Source: Propionibacteriaceae bacterium (lineage in GTDB: Bacteria; Actinomycetota; Actinomycetes; Propionibacteriales; Propionibacteriaceae). From it: a stretch of 64,000 nucleotides of DNA. Location: assembly GCA_009781145.1 (NCBI GenBank), contig WQYR01000001.1:25339-89338 (forward strand), in the 5' to 3' direction. The position numbers and the translations under genes are program-made. The stretch's first letter is position 1; each line of letters starts with the position of its first letter. Positions 10,526 to 21,565 of the stretch are shown one piece after another. Under the pieces are notes generated by a model that saw only the letters and a program-made list of their open reading frames with translations, made no database searches and was not told where the DNA came from.

Positions 10526-11409
10526 ACCTGGGCATCCAGGGCCGCGCGGCTGACCCAGGCCGTCAGTGCCACACCCGCAATGGCTGCCAACGCCAGGGCG
10601 ATCAAGCCGAACGAGGGCCCGGGGGTCAGCAGGCGTCCCTCGCCCAGCACCACGATGCCGAACGTCACCGAAATCACAGGCGCCGTGACGGTGGTACAGG
10701 CCACCACCACATGCGCCGCACCGGTGGCATAGCCCTGCTGGATCATCAGGCCGGCCACCCCGCTGCCAGCCAGAAGGACGGCGATGATGCCCCAGATGAT
10801 CGGTTGTTGCCACCACCGGTGGTCGGCGGCGTATTCCAAAATGACCTTCACCACGGCGGCTTCCAGCCCGTAGAGCATGGCGCCGCCGGAACCCCAGAAC
10901 AAGGGCCGCCACCCGTGCGGGCCGTGCGAACCAAGCAGCGCCATAAGGCCGACCAGCGCATAGACGACCCCGGCCGCCACGATGATGCGGGTGGGGCGCA
11001 GATCAATCGTGGTTGTGGAATGGGCCGACACCAGCAGGACGAAGGCCGCGATCGCCGCAACAGTGCCAATTGTGGGCGCGATCACCCGCTTGGGGTTTGG
11101 TCCCAGGGCCTTGGCAGTCAGCACAATCGACCAGGGAAACGCCATCAGGCCCACCGGTTGCACGACGGACACAGGTGCCATGTAAAGGCCGAGAACCTGG
11201 CACACCAGCGATACCGTCATCAAACCGACACCCAGCCACCACTTCGGGTCGAGCAGCAGATAGATAATCTGGCGCACGTTCATTCGCTTGTTGGCGGTGT
11301 TCTCGCGAACCTGAACGCGCACCGCCGAGCGTTGCACCTTGGCGGCCAGGGCATAACAGAACGACCCGAACATAACCAGTCCGACGGCGAAGGGGATGTT
11401 CTGATGCAC
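10507..11409 (-). CDS. Multi-pass (about 9-10 TM) membrane protein, DMT/NIPA-like
   Basis: 300 aa and strongly hydrophobic throughout. No family-specific motif was recognised with certainty. Confidence 0.5.
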   Translation of the reverse strand: MHQNIPFAVGLVMFGSFCYALAAKVQRSAVRVQVRENTANKRMNVRQIIYLLLDPKWWLGVGLMTVSLVCQVLGLYMAPVSVVQPVGLMAFPWSIVLTAKALGPNPKRVIAPTIGTVAAIAAFVLLVSAHSTTTIDLRPTRIIVAAGVVYALVGLMALLGSHGPHGWRPLFWGSGGAMLYGLEAAVVKVILEYAADHRWWQQPIIWGIIAVLLAGSGVAGLMIQQGYATGAAHVVVACTTVTAPVISVTFGIVVLGEGRLLTPGPSFGLIALALAAIAGVALTAWVSRAALDAQVQSKQR

Positions 11410-11417
11410 TTAGGTCC

Positions 11418-12470
11418 CTAGTTGAAGTGGAAAAGCCGTTGGGCAGCACGATAGCACGCCACTGTGATGTGTCGTCCTACCCGCCCGGGCAGGTTCGAAC
11501 CCCAGACCAGGGTTTGACGCATCAGGCGCGTCGCCAGTTGAGGGTTGACGCTGCGGATGTGGTTCCACATGTGCTCACGCCTGGCCAGGGCCTCACGGGT
11601 GTTCGCCAGCGAGGCGAACACCGACGATATCGTCACTGTGATGCCCAGGAAGTGCTCCAAGTAGGAAGCCAGTTTGGGGTCCGGGGCGTCGTCGGGCAGG
11701 TTCACGGAGGACGCCATGATCTCGGTGACAAGGAAATGCTCATCGAGCCGCCCCAGCAGTGAGCTTTCGGTCACCGACTGGTCGTCCCGTCCAATGAAAT
11801 ACCGGTACAGGTCGACCGGCAGATAGAACAGCGTCTTGGTGTGCGGCAGCGGCACATAGACGAAAATGTTGTCAACGTAGAAGGTGTTCTCTGGCAGCAC
11901 CAAGCCGATGTCCTTTAGCAACTGTGTGCGATAGATCGCCGAGTGCATCGTTATGTAGTGTCCGACCGCGAACATTCCGGTCTGGCCCCAGGTGAACACG
12001 CGGTTGTGGGGCAGCGCGCCACGGTAGCCGATCACCTTGCGTTCGCCGCTGGCCACATGCTCGTAGACATAGTTGACGATCAGCAGGTCGACCACTTGGC
12101 CGTGCTTGATGAACCCACGCAACCGGGCCAGTGTGACGCTGAAGGCGTCGTCGTCCAGCCAGTCGTCCGAATCGACCACATAGACGTATTCCCCACGCGC
12201 GGCTGCCAGGCCGGTCATGACGGCCCCGCCGTGCCCCTTGTTCGGCTGGTGGATGGCTTTGACGATGTCAGGATGCTCGGCCTGCCACCTGTCTGCTTTG
12301 GATGCGGTCTCATCGGTCGAACCGTCATCGACGACCAACACTTCGACGTCGTCCCACTGCCCAACAAGCGAACCGATGCAGTGGTCCATGTAGGCGGCCG
12401 AGTTGAAACATGGCACGATCACACTGATGGTTTTGCCGCCGGGTGGGCTGGTGTCGGGTGGTGCCTTCAA
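11418..12470 (-). CDS. Family 2 glycosyltransferase
   Basis: ISVIVPCFNSAAYMDHCIGSL...VLVVDDGSTDET and a DSDD motif. The start is TTG, after GGAGAA. Confidence 0.85.
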   Translation of the reverse strand: MKAPPDTSPPGGKTISVIVPCFNSAAYMDHCIGSLVGQWDDVEVLVVDDGSTDETASKADRWQAEHPDIVKAIHQPNKGHGGAVMTGLAAARGEYVYVVDSDDWLDDDAFSVTLARLRGFIKHGQVVDLLIVNYVYEHVASGERKVIGYRGALPHNRVFTWGQTGMFAVGHYITMHSAIYRTQLLKDIGLVLPENTFYVDNIFVYVPLPHTKTLFYLPVDLYRYFIGRDDQSVTESSLLGRLDEHFLVTEIMASSVNLPDDAPDPKLASYLEHFLGITVTISSVFASLANTREALARREHMWNHIRSVNPQLATRLMRQTLVWGSNLPGRVGRHITVACYRAAQRLFHFN

Positions 12471-12501
12471 TTCAGTTCTCCGTCAGCTCAATACCTGTGG
12501 C

Positions 12502-13350
12502 CTATGCCTTGACGTCGGTGCTCGCGACACGCGCCCAAGCCAACGACCCGAACACGGCAACCCAGGCCAGTTGGACCACCAGTCCCTGCCTGATCAGTGC
12601 GACGTCCGGCTGGGCAAACAGGAATGTTGTGAGGTCCAGCCAGTGATAGGTTAACAGGCCTGGCTGGATGGCCTGCAACTGGGGCACCGCCAGCAAAACG
12701 GTGCACACCGCCGGGACGATGGCCGTGCCAGCCATCGCCACGATCGGCACATCAGTCAGGGACGAGATGAACAAACCCACGGCGACAAGCCCGAGCTCCG
12801 ACGCGACCACGTACACCGACATCAGGGCTATGCGCCCAACACCGGCCCACGGGCTGATGGTGTCACCTGACAGCAGCGTCATTCCGTTGATGCCGAACAG
12901 AGCGAACCCGGCCACCAGCGACACGACCAACACCGTCGCCACCCCGACGATGACGAAAGCCAGCAACCCGACGGCCTTCATCGCCAGCCATTTTGTGCGT
13001 GACACCGGCAGGATCATGGCATAGCGGGTGGTGCCCAGTTGTGTCTCGGAGGCCAGTGCGTCACCGGCCACCACCGAAATCACCAGCGGCAGAAACAGTG
13101 GCATCGACACGACGAAAACAACGGCCGCCAGGAAAAGCCCCGAGTTGGTGATTCGCGTGATCAGGCCGGCGCCGCCGCCCACCTGCGAACTGACCAGCTT
13201 CACCGCCAGCCCGATGACAATCGGCAACGCCGCCAGCCCGGCCAGCAGCACCTGGTTGCGGCGGCGCCGCAACACCAACCCGATCTCGCTGCCTAGGCAG
13301 CGCCACACAGCTCCGGATACCGCCTCAAACCTGTTCTCAACCTGCGACAT
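12502..13350 (-). CDS. ABC-2 type exporter permease
   Basis: 282 aa with about 6 TM segments. It overlaps the 3' end of the upstream ATPase gene by 14 nt. Confidence 0.75.
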   Translation of the reverse strand: MSQVENRFEAVSGAVWRCLGSEIGLVLRRRRNQVLLAGLAALPIVIGLAVKLVSSQVGGGAGLITRITNSGLFLAAVVFVVSMPLFLPLVISVVAGDALASETQLGTTRYAMILPVSRTKWLAMKAVGLLAFVIVGVATVLVVSLVAGFALFGINGMTLLSGDTISPWAGVGRIALMSVYVVASELGLVAVGLFISSLTDVPIVAMAGTAIVPAVCTVLLAVPQLQAIQPGLLTYHWLDLTTFLFAQPDVALIRQGLVVQLAWVAVFGSLAWARVASTDVKA

Positions 13351-14302
13351 CGAACCCCACCCCCGTCAGTTCGACGAAAATGTCCTCCAGGCCAGGTTGT
13401 TCGACGCTCAGGCCAAGGATGTCGGCGCCCGCGTCAACCAGCGCCTTGGCGATCTTGGGGACGGGCACATCACCGATGGTGACGAGCATGTGTGCCGGGT
13501 CGGTGCCTTCTGGCTTCAACTTGAGTTTGGTCAAGGCTTTTCGGGCTGCGGTGGCCGTCGAACTGGTCACCTGCACGCTCAAACGTGGCACCCGGGCTGT
13601 GCGCAGATCGTCCATCGATTTCTGGGCGATCAGCCTTCCGCGCGACATGATGCCGACGTGGGTGCACACCTGCTCGACCTCCGACAGAAGGTGTGACGAG
13701 ACGATGACGGTGGCGCCGTCGGCGTGTAGGCCGCGGATTAGGTTGCGGATCTCGCGGGTGCCCTGAGGGTCAAGCCCGTTGGTTGGTTCGTCGAGAATCA
13801 GCAGGTCGCGCGGCCGCATCAGGGCCCCGGCGATGCCTAGCCGTTGCTTCATGCCCAGCGAATAGTGGTGGTAGGGCTTGCGGGCCGCCGCCGTCAAGCC
13901 AACGCGTTCCAGGGCCTCAGCCCGGCGCACGCGGGCGGTGCGAGGGTCGTCCGTCTTGTCGATGGCCTGCAGGCGCGCCAGGTTGGCGTCCCCCGAAAGG
14001 TAGGGGAAGAACGCAGGGCCCTCGACAACGGCACCGACCCTTGGCAGCACTTTAGAAGCGGCCTTGGGCATTGGTTGGCTGAACAGTTGGATGGTGCCGG
14101 CATCGGCGCCCAGCAGGCCGAGCAGAAGACGGATGGTGGTGGTTTTCCCGGAACCGTTGGGCCCCAAGAAACCGAAGACGGACCCGCTGGGCACGGCCAG
14201 ATCGATGCCGTCGACAGCTACTTGTTTGCCGAATCGGCGCACCAAACCGGTGGTTGTGACGACTGCGTCAGCCGTCACGTTCGCGTCGTCGGCCTGGCTC
14301 AC
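13337..14302 (-). CDS. ABC transporter ATP-binding protein
   Basis: Walker A GPNGSGKTT, signature YSLGMKQRL, Walker B LLILDEP. The start was moved to the GTG at 14302, which overlaps the upstream stop (GTGA). The ORF-track N-terminus (to 14587) runs through the preceding gene. Confidence 0.92.
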   Translation of the reverse strand: MSQADDANVTADAVVTTTGLVRRFGKQVAVDGIDLAVPSGSVFGFLGPNGSGKTTTIRLLLGLLGADAGTIQLFSQPMPKAASKVLPRVGAVVEGPAFFPYLSGDANLARLQAIDKTDDPRTARVRRAEALERVGLTAAARKPYHHYSLGMKQRLGIAGALMRPRDLLILDEPTNGLDPQGTREIRNLIRGLHADGATVIVSSHLLSEVEQVCTHVGIMSRGRLIAQKSMDDLRTARVPRLSVQVTSSTATAARKALTKLKLKPEGTDPAHMLVTIGDVPVPKIAKALVDAGADILGLSVEQPGLEDIFVELTGVGFDVAG

Positions 14303-15453
14303 TGGCTCGCGGCGGCGGCCGATTCGAGGTACGATACCGGCACTGCGCCAGCGAAGACGTTGCCGCCAGGTGTCACCAGCACCGAGCCCAGGTAGGTCGA
14401 GTAGGCCGTACCCTGCGACGTCGTCTGGGCAAGGCTGCCAAACAACTGCGACAAGTCGCCTGCCCGGCCCGGCCGGCCGTAGCTGTTGATGTCGCCACCG
14501 CCCAAAATGCTGGCCACCTGCGACGGATCGGACAACGCGGCGGTCACGTCTGCGGGCAAGCCCGTCACCTCCACAACGGACGCCCAACCTTCACCGGCGA
14601 CCACTTTGGCCAACGGCTGGAAGGTCGGGGCGCTGTTGACCTGGTCGGGGACATCTGGTGCCGGCTGGCCGAGGTCGACGGTGTCAACCGTCGCGCCCGG
14701 CGGGGCAGTGAAGCTGAACAGCGCGGCGCTAGGCGTGGAATAGGAAAGCGAGGTGAACTTGGCGCTCAAACTGGCCTTGTCGGTGAGTTGAGTCGACCAG
14801 ACCTCGACACCCAACGGCATCCAGGTTGTGGCATCGACCATCACGTCGACGGACGAGATCAAGCTGCCGACATCCTTCGGGGTCATGACAAGGGTGTAGG
14901 CGGCGCGCCCTGCAACGGTTGTGGTGCGCGCCACTGTGAAATCGGTGCTGGGGGATGCCGCATCAATCAGCTTATTGGCCAGGTCTTCCGGCGTCATGGG
15001 CGCGGGGTCGCCAAGGGTATCTGTGAGTGTCGGAGCCATCAGATGGGTCGCCGAGTTCGAATCGGACACATACACCCAGCCGTCGTTGTTGGCGACGTTG
15101 GCGACCGCCACCCAGGCGGACGTACTCGAGTCAATCTCGGCGCGGGCACCCGTCGCCGGGTCCACCGCCACCTTCACCTGCGTGGTGCCACCTAAAAGGG
15201 ACGTCAAGCCGCCCACCTGGGTACCAAGCAGATTCTGCAGGGAACTGAGGTCCGGCAGGCCAACATCGGTGGTGATGGCGACGGTGCCTGAGAAAGCCAC
15301 AGGCTGGGCCGAGGCAACATTGGTGACCAACTGTTGGGCCGTCACATCGGGCAGGGACGGGTCGGCCTGCGCGCTTGAAGAAAACGCCACCGCACCTGCG
15401 ATGGCTACGGCAACGCTGACAGGGGCCGCCCAATAGGCTAGGCGAGTCTTCAT
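14299..15453 (-). CDS. Secreted LolA/RseB-like (DUF2092-type) protein
   Basis: Signal peptide ending AQA. The pattern LPDVTAQQLV..V.....FSGTV....D.GLPDL matches what I remember of actinobacterial LolA-like proteins encoded next to ABC exporters. Confidence 0.6.
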   Translation of the reverse strand: MKTRLAYWAAPVSVAVAIAGAVAFSSSAQADPSLPDVTAQQLVTNVASAQPVAFSGTVAITTDVGLPDLSSLQNLLGTQVGGLTSLLGGTTQVKVAVDPATGARAEIDSSTSAWVAVANVANNDGWVYVSDSNSATHLMAPTLTDTLGDPAPMTPEDLANKLIDAASPSTDFTVARTTTVAGRAAYTLVMTPKDVGSLISSVDVMVDATTWMPLGVEVWSTQLTDKASLSAKFTSLSYSTPSAALFSFTAPPGATVDTVDLGQPAPDVPDQVNSAPTFQPLAKVVAGEGWASVVEVTGLPADVTAALSDPSQVASILGGGDINSYGRPGRAGDLSQLFGSLAQTTSQGTAYSTYLGSVLVTPGGNVFAGAVPVSYLESAAAASQ

Positions 15454-15529
15454 GTATCAACCCTAGCCCAAAGGCGGTGCGCTGAGCGGTGCCGTGGCAA
15501 TCAAGACGCTGTGAGTTGTTCTGGAGGTA

Positions 15530-16837
15530 TCAGGCGAGGGCGGGGGCCCACCAGCATTGCCAGGCGGTTTTCCCGTCCGCCCCGGGGACGCTGAACACCA
15601 AACCAGTTTCCTTCACGGCAATGGCGGGCGGGTACAGCCCAACCTGCAGAATGCTGCCGTCGGCGGCATTCAAGACGTAGGAAGCGTGGGTGTTGGGGTC
15701 GAACCCGTAAAGGTAGCCGCCGAAGAGCACAGGAGTGGAGGCGGATTCGGGCGTCTTGAAGGCGTGTTGCCAGGCGGTTGAGCCGTCCGCGAGCGAAACG
15801 CCGAAGGCCATGACCGGATCGTCTGTCAGCGTGCAAATCAGAACGTCGGATGGGCCCAGTTGGCAGCGGTCCAGGTTCGTTGCCTGAAGTCTGACAATTG
15901 GCTGGGGGGTCGCCGCCCCGGTGGACGCGGAGACCTGGTAGACGGTGGTGGTTGTGATCATGCCAGGCGTTTGGGCCAGCAGAAGCAGATTGTCGCCGGT
16001 GCGTCCGGCCAATTGGTAACGTCCTGCGAGTTGCGCCGAATTGGCGGTTTGCCAAAACGCCGGCCCGATCTCGCCGGTCGCCAGGTTGACGGGGCTGGCC
16101 TGGTAGAAGAACACGCCCATCGGTGTCGATATTGTGGCCAGCGCCACCGAGACGCCGAAGTCGGCACCGTCTGTGGCCAGCACGGCGGTGTTGGACTGCC
16201 ACACCGGCTGTCCGGATGACGGGTCAAGCATCCATGACCTGCTTGTGGTTGGGGTGCCAGGCGTTGCTTGGTCGGTCTGGCTCAAAGACAGCATCAGGCC
16301 CTGCTTCGTCAATGTGAGCGTGTTTGTCGCCGAACCGCAGTCGGCACCCGCCAGAATGTCGCTGGCCAGCGGTTGGAACGTCCAGGTCAACTCGCCGCTC
16401 CCACGATCGACGGCGCTGACGCGGAGGTCGACGGGGTCGGTCTCACTTAGCGTGACTGTGTAAACATGGCTGGGGTCAACCACCTGCTTCCAGCACGACG
16501 GGGCAGGGCCATCCAGCGGTGTGCTGAAGCCAACAGATCCGTCATGCACGTTGATGCCCCAAACGGTGTTGGCGTTCAACGTGATGAAGTAGTCGCCGCT
16601 CAAGACCCCAGTGTTCACCTGATCGACGGGGCTCAAACGCAGTGGGTGAACAAGGTCGAACTGGCGAGGTGGCGTTAACGTCGGCAGGTTCGGTGTCGGC
16701 GTCGGTGTGGGGGTGGGCGTGGCAGAAGGTGTTGGTGCCGTCGTTGTTGTCTGCGTCGGTTCATCAACCGGTGGGGTACAGCCCGTCAGTGCCAGCGTCA
16801 AGACGCCAGCGATCGCCACTAGGCCCGCTTTGTGCAC
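15530..16837 (-). CDS. Lipoprotein with PQQ/BamB-like beta-propeller repeats
   Basis: GTG start after AAGGGGA. Lipobox LALTGC, then a Pro/Thr linker and repeated G..W / W-containing blades. Confidence 0.6.
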   Translation of the reverse strand: MHKAGLVAIAGVLTLALTGCTPPVDEPTQTTTTAPTPSATPTPTPTPTPNLPTLTPPRQFDLVHPLRLSPVDQVNTGVLSGDYFITLNANTVWGINVHDGSVGFSTPLDGPAPSCWKQVVDPSHVYTVTLSETDPVDLRVSAVDRGSGELTWTFQPLASDILAGADCGSATNTLTLTKQGLMLSLSQTDQATPGTPTTSRSWMLDPSSGQPVWQSNTAVLATDGADFGVSVALATISTPMGVFFYQASPVNLATGEIGPAFWQTANSAQLAGRYQLAGRTGDNLLLLAQTPGMITTTTVYQVSASTGAATPQPIVRLQATNLDRCQLGPSDVLICTLTDDPVMAFGVSLADGSTAWQHAFKTPESASTPVLFGGYLYGFDPNTHASYVLNAADGSILQVGLYPPAIAVKETGLVFSVPGADGKTAWQCWWAPALA

Positions 16838-16878
16838 AGGTCCCCTTATCTGCTGCCGCAGCTATTCATGAAAAGCCA

Positions 16879-16916
16879 CGTCAGCGCCCCACCCGAGAAC
16901 GAGTGGGGCGCTGACG
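16879..16916 (-). terminator. Hairpin terminator downstream of pntB
   Basis: 14-bp stem CGTCAGCGCCCCAC / GTGGGGCGCTGACG with a 10-nt loop. It is followed on the minus strand by GGCTTTTC. Confidence 0.7.
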
Positions 16917-16925
16917 GGAATGTCG

Positions 16926-18371
<1,446 letters not shown>

Positions 18372-18380
18372 TTCTCAGAC

Positions 18381-19943
18381 CTAGCCTCTCCGGAACATGG
18401 ACAGCATCCGGTTGGTTACGGTGAACCCGCCGAACACGTTGATGGAAGCCACCAGAGTGGCGGCGCAAGCAATGATGCGAACCGCCCAGCTCAGTACGCT
18501 GTTGCCCTCGTTCAGGCCGACCAGTTGCAGCATGGCGCCAACCACGATGATGCCGCTGATGGCGTTTGTCTCGCTCATCAGCGGGGTGTGCAACGCGTGG
18601 TTGACGTTCCAGACGACGTAGTAGCCGACTACGCACGCCAGGACGAACACAGCCATCAAGTTCAGGAAACTGTTGGGTGCGAACGTCAGCAATGCGATCA
18701 GGGCGATAGCCGCGACGGCGACGATGGCGAACAGCTTGCGCCAATCGGCCGGTGGCTTGGGTGTCGCGACCGGGGCGGGGGCCGCGACGGGCGCGGCGGC
18801 CGGTGCGGCCGACACCTGGATAGGCGGCGGCGGGAAGGTGACTTCGCCGTCGCGCGTCACAGTGACGGTGCGGATGATCTCGTCATCGAAGTTGAGCACC
18901 AACTGGCCGTCCGGCTCGGGCGTCAGCAGTTTCATCAGGTTGACGAGGTTGGTGCCGTAAAGCTGCGACGACTGTGACGGCAGGCGCGACGCCAAGTCGG
19001 TGTAGCCGATGATCGTCACCGCGTTGTCGGTGACGAAGCTCTGGCCGGCCTTGGTCATCTCGCAGTTGCCGCCACCCAGGGCGGCCAGATCCACGATCAC
19101 CGAGCCCGGCGTCATGGTGGATACCATTTCGGCGGTCAGCAACTTGGGGCTGGGCTTGCCGGGGATGGCAGCCGTCGTGATGACGATGTCTGCCCACTTC
19201 ATCTGCTCGGCGTACATGACGGCCGCGCGCTGATTGAAGTCATCCGTCGTCTCTTTGGCGTAGCCATCGGACGAGACGCCTTGGTCGGCTTCGGACGGGG
19301 CGACATGGACGAAGCTTGCGCCCATCGATTCGACCTGTTCGGCCGTCTCGGGACGTACGTCCGTGGCCCTGACTTGGGCGCCCAGCGAGTTGGCGGCACC
19401 GATTGCCGCCAAGCCGGCGACGCCGGTGCCGATGACGAACACGTTGGCCGGCGGTACTTTGCCGGCTGCCGTCACCTGGCCGCCGAAGAAGCGCCCGAAG
19501 GTGTGGGCGGCTTCGACAACAGCCCGGTAGCCGGAGATGTTAGCCATCGAACTCAACGCGTCCATCGACTGGGCGCGGGACGTGCGGGGCACCATGTCCA
19601 TGGACAAGCCTGAGACCTTCTGGTCGGCTAGGGCTTTCACAAGGTCAGGTGCTTGGCGCGGGTTCAGGAACCCAATAATCGCGGCGCCGGCCTTCATTGA
19701 TTTCAGATCAGCCGCGGCGGGTTCGTTGACGGTCAATACAATATCGGAGCTCCAAGCCTGTTTCTTTGTGACGACGGCCGCCCCAGCAGCGAGATACTCG
19801 CTGTCGGGAAAGTCGGCCTTAGCGCCTGCCCCTTTCTCGACCAACACTTCGTAGCCGAGTTTGATAAGGGCGGGCACCGTCTTCGGAGTGGCTGCTACCC
19901 GGTTTTCACCGGCGAGGCTCTCTCGGGGGATGCCAATTTTCAT
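18381..19943 (-). CDS. pntA: NAD(P) transhydrogenase subunit alpha (fused dI plus membrane dII part)
   Basis: [20 protein letters not shown], a Rossmann motif [11 protein letters not shown], and C-terminal TM helices. The ATG at 19943 follows TTGGAG. Confidence 0.95.
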   Translation of the reverse strand: MKIGIPRESLAGENRVAATPKTVPALIKLGYEVLVEKGAGAKADFPDSEYLAAGAAVVTKKQAWSSDIVLTVNEPAAADLKSMKAGAAIIGFLNPRQAPDLVKALADQKVSGLSMDMVPRTSRAQSMDALSSMANISGYRAVVEAAHTFGRFFGGQVTAAGKVPPANVFVIGTGVAGLAAIGAANSLGAQVRATDVRPETAEQVESMGASFVHVAPSEADQGVSSDGYAKETTDDFNQRAAVMYAEQMKWADIVITTAAIPGKPSPKLLTAEMVSTMTPGSVIVDLAALGGGNCEMTKAGQSFVTDNAVTIIGYTDLASRLPSQSSQLYGTNLVNLMKLLTPEPDGQLVLNFDDEIIRTVTVTRDGEVTFPPPPIQVSAAPAAAPVAAPAPVATPKPPADWRKLFAIVAVAAIALIALLTFAPNSFLNLMAVFVLACVVGYYVVWNVNHALHTPLMSETNAISGIIVVGAMLQLVGLNEGNSVLSWAVRIIACAATLVASINVFGGFTVTNRMLSMFRRG

Positions 19944-20008
19944 GACTCCAAGGGTAGTCGATGCCAGCAACGCTTCGGCGCGCGGCCCATCATTCAGTCA
20001 CCTGGGTC

Positions 20009-20100
20009 CTAGTGCACCGCAACAGAAATGGCTTGACGTCCGAATCGCATCGGATCGGGCGCCTGGCTGCGTTGTCGTCAATCGCGATAGCCCACTAGCG
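20009..20100 (+). mobile_element. Truncated copy (left ~92 nt) of the MITE-like element at 34188-34353
   Basis: About 85% identical by hand alignment to 34188-34280 (CTAGTGCACCG.AACAGAA.TGGCTTG...GATAGCCCACTA). No right-hand inverted repeat is present. Confidence 0.7.
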
Positions 20101-20526
20101 AGATGCGGCGCAAGCCTTCATGTATCGGCTCGAAGGTGGAAGTAGCAACAACACCAGTACCAACAGGTCGAAAACCAGGACGTAAATGATAAGGGGGTCT
20201 TGCAGGAACCCGAGGATGGCCAGCGACAGCACTGCCCACGCCAACCTGGCCCAGCCGAAGCCGTTGAGAACAAAAACCAGTGCAACAATTATGGCGACAC
20301 CGTAGGCGATGATCAAGGCGTCCATCCACCCCGGCAAGGGGTCGCCAAAACCGATCGCCACGGCCAGCAGCAGCAAGGTGACGAAAAGAACCCATAGGGT
20401 GGCGATGGCACAGGTCAGGGAAATGAGCCACGGGACGCCAGGCTTTTCCGTCTTGTCGCCACGCTTCTTCCGCGATCTCCCGGTGCTGTGTGGTGAAGAC
20501 ATGAACTTCCAGTAATTGAATGCCAT
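20095..20526 (-). CDS. Small membrane protein (3-4 TM), unknown function
   Basis: The ATG at 20526 is preceded by GAAGGAAAA. A basic N-terminus is followed by hydrophobic helices. Confidence 0.5.
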   Translation of the reverse strand: MAFNYWKFMSSPHSTGRSRKKRGDKTEKPGVPWLISLTCAIATLWVLFVTLLLLAVAIGFGDPLPGWMDALIIAYGVAIIVALVFVLNGFGWARLAWAVLSLAILGFLQDPLIIYVLVFDLLVLVLLLLPPSSRYMKACAASR

Positions 20527-20539
20527 GGTGTTTTCCTTC

Positions 20540-21202
20540 TCAGCGGAACTGCTCAAGCCGTCCGTAGACGATCTTGCCGGTATGTGAGGCGGGCAGGGCA
20601 GTCTTGCGGAAGGTGACCCAATCGGCGAAGGTGCGCTGGGAACCTGGCAGCCACGTCAGGACGGCGCCACCAAGAACCAATGGGACGGCCAGCCAGCCGA
20701 TGTTCGCCCAAATCGGTGCCAGCCATGATGCCCTGGACGCCGTCGGCGGAGTGACGACGAAGGTGGCGCAGGTCAACAGCAGCGCGACGACGGCCCACCA
20801 GCGGCTGGCTGATTGCCCGACCCAGGCCAGGTACCCGGTCACGATGGGGGTGGCGATCAGCAGCATGCCGATCAGCATCGTCGCCACAGCAATCAAGATG
20901 GACGCAATCGAGCCAGGGTTGGGGTTCGTCCAGCCGATCAGTCGGGCCGAGGTCGCGAAGGTATCCATGTGAATGGCTCGCCACCATGTCAACCCGATCG
21001 TGCCAGCCTCGGCCAGGCCCGCCAGAAGAAACAACCAGAAGGCCCAGCGGATGGTCCCGGCCCGGTGTGGTTCTCCGGTGTTTGGGTCAAGACGCAGGGT
21101 TGGCTGCAGTTTTTCGATAGGTGGCAGAGCAGCGATGGGCGTCGTTGGGGGCGTCCCCAATCCATATGTGGCGGCGTCTGGTACCGCCAACCCGGCTGTC
21201 AT
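20540..21202 (-). CDS. Membrane protein (about 5 TM), unknown function
   Basis: The start is placed at the ATG at 21202. The ORF-track extension to 21484 uses rare codons (CTA, TTA, ATA, AGG) and is Arg-rich. Confidence 0.5.
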   Translation of the reverse strand: MTAGLAVPDAATYGLGTPPTTPIAALPPIEKLQPTLRLDPNTGEPHRAGTIRWAFWLFLLAGLAEAGTIGLTWWRAIHMDTFATSARLIGWTNPNPGSIASILIAVATMLIGMLLIATPIVTGYLAWVGQSASRWWAVVALLLTCATFVVTPPTASRASWLAPIWANIGWLAVPLVLGGAVLTWLPGSQRTFADWVTFRKTALPASHTGKIVYGRLEQFR

Positions 21203-21524
21203 GGTCACGGTTATTAGCCTACCGGTTGTGCGCCGCCGGCTCGGGCATCCGCTCAAGACACACAGCAACACCCAAAAGTTGTGGGCAAACGTTTGTAATA
21301 GCCTGCGACTGGTATAAGATTCTTGTCCAGGTTCGCCGGGGGGTAGCTTGCTATGAACGGCGCACTTGACGCCCGAGGAATGAAACCTCTCCGACACCAC
21401 CACCTCGGGTGCCGCCAGTGACGGCGTCCCATCAGCCTGACCTGGCAGACTGCGCGCTCCGGGTACACCCAGCCTGTTGAGCACGCTGGCCGACAGCCAA
21501 GCAACAGCTGTCGTGCCCGATGAT

Positions 21525-21553
21525 GGCCGGGGGTGCCCACCACACCCCCGGCC
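21525..21553 (-). terminator. GC-rich hairpin downstream of the CDF gene
   Basis: 9-bp stem GGCCGGGGG / CCCCCGGCC, 13 nt after the stop at 21566. The T-tract is present only on the plus strand (GTCTTTTGCGTTT). Confidence 0.55.
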
Positions 21554-21565
21554 GTCTTTTGCGTT

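Noticed and set aside
13337-14587. Long N-terminal extensions given by the ORF track. Examples are the ABC ATPase to 14587, PstP to 30699, FolP to 6140, FolE to 6730, NuoD from 48659, NuoE from 50020, NuoI from 55748, and OppD-like from 36218.
   Set aside because: - The extensions overlap the preceding gene in another frame and are Arg/Pro-rich.
- Internal ATG or GTG starts that overlap the upstream stop codon (ATGA or GTGA) give proteins of canonical length.
21203-21484. A lipoprotein-like N-terminal extension (…FWVLLCVLSGC…) of the 20540-21202 membrane protein.
   Set aside because: - The segment uses codons that are rare for this genome (CTA, TTA, CAA, AGG, ATA) and sits in an AT-richer, promoter-like stretch.
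- A lipobox followed by five TM helices is also an unlikely architecture.
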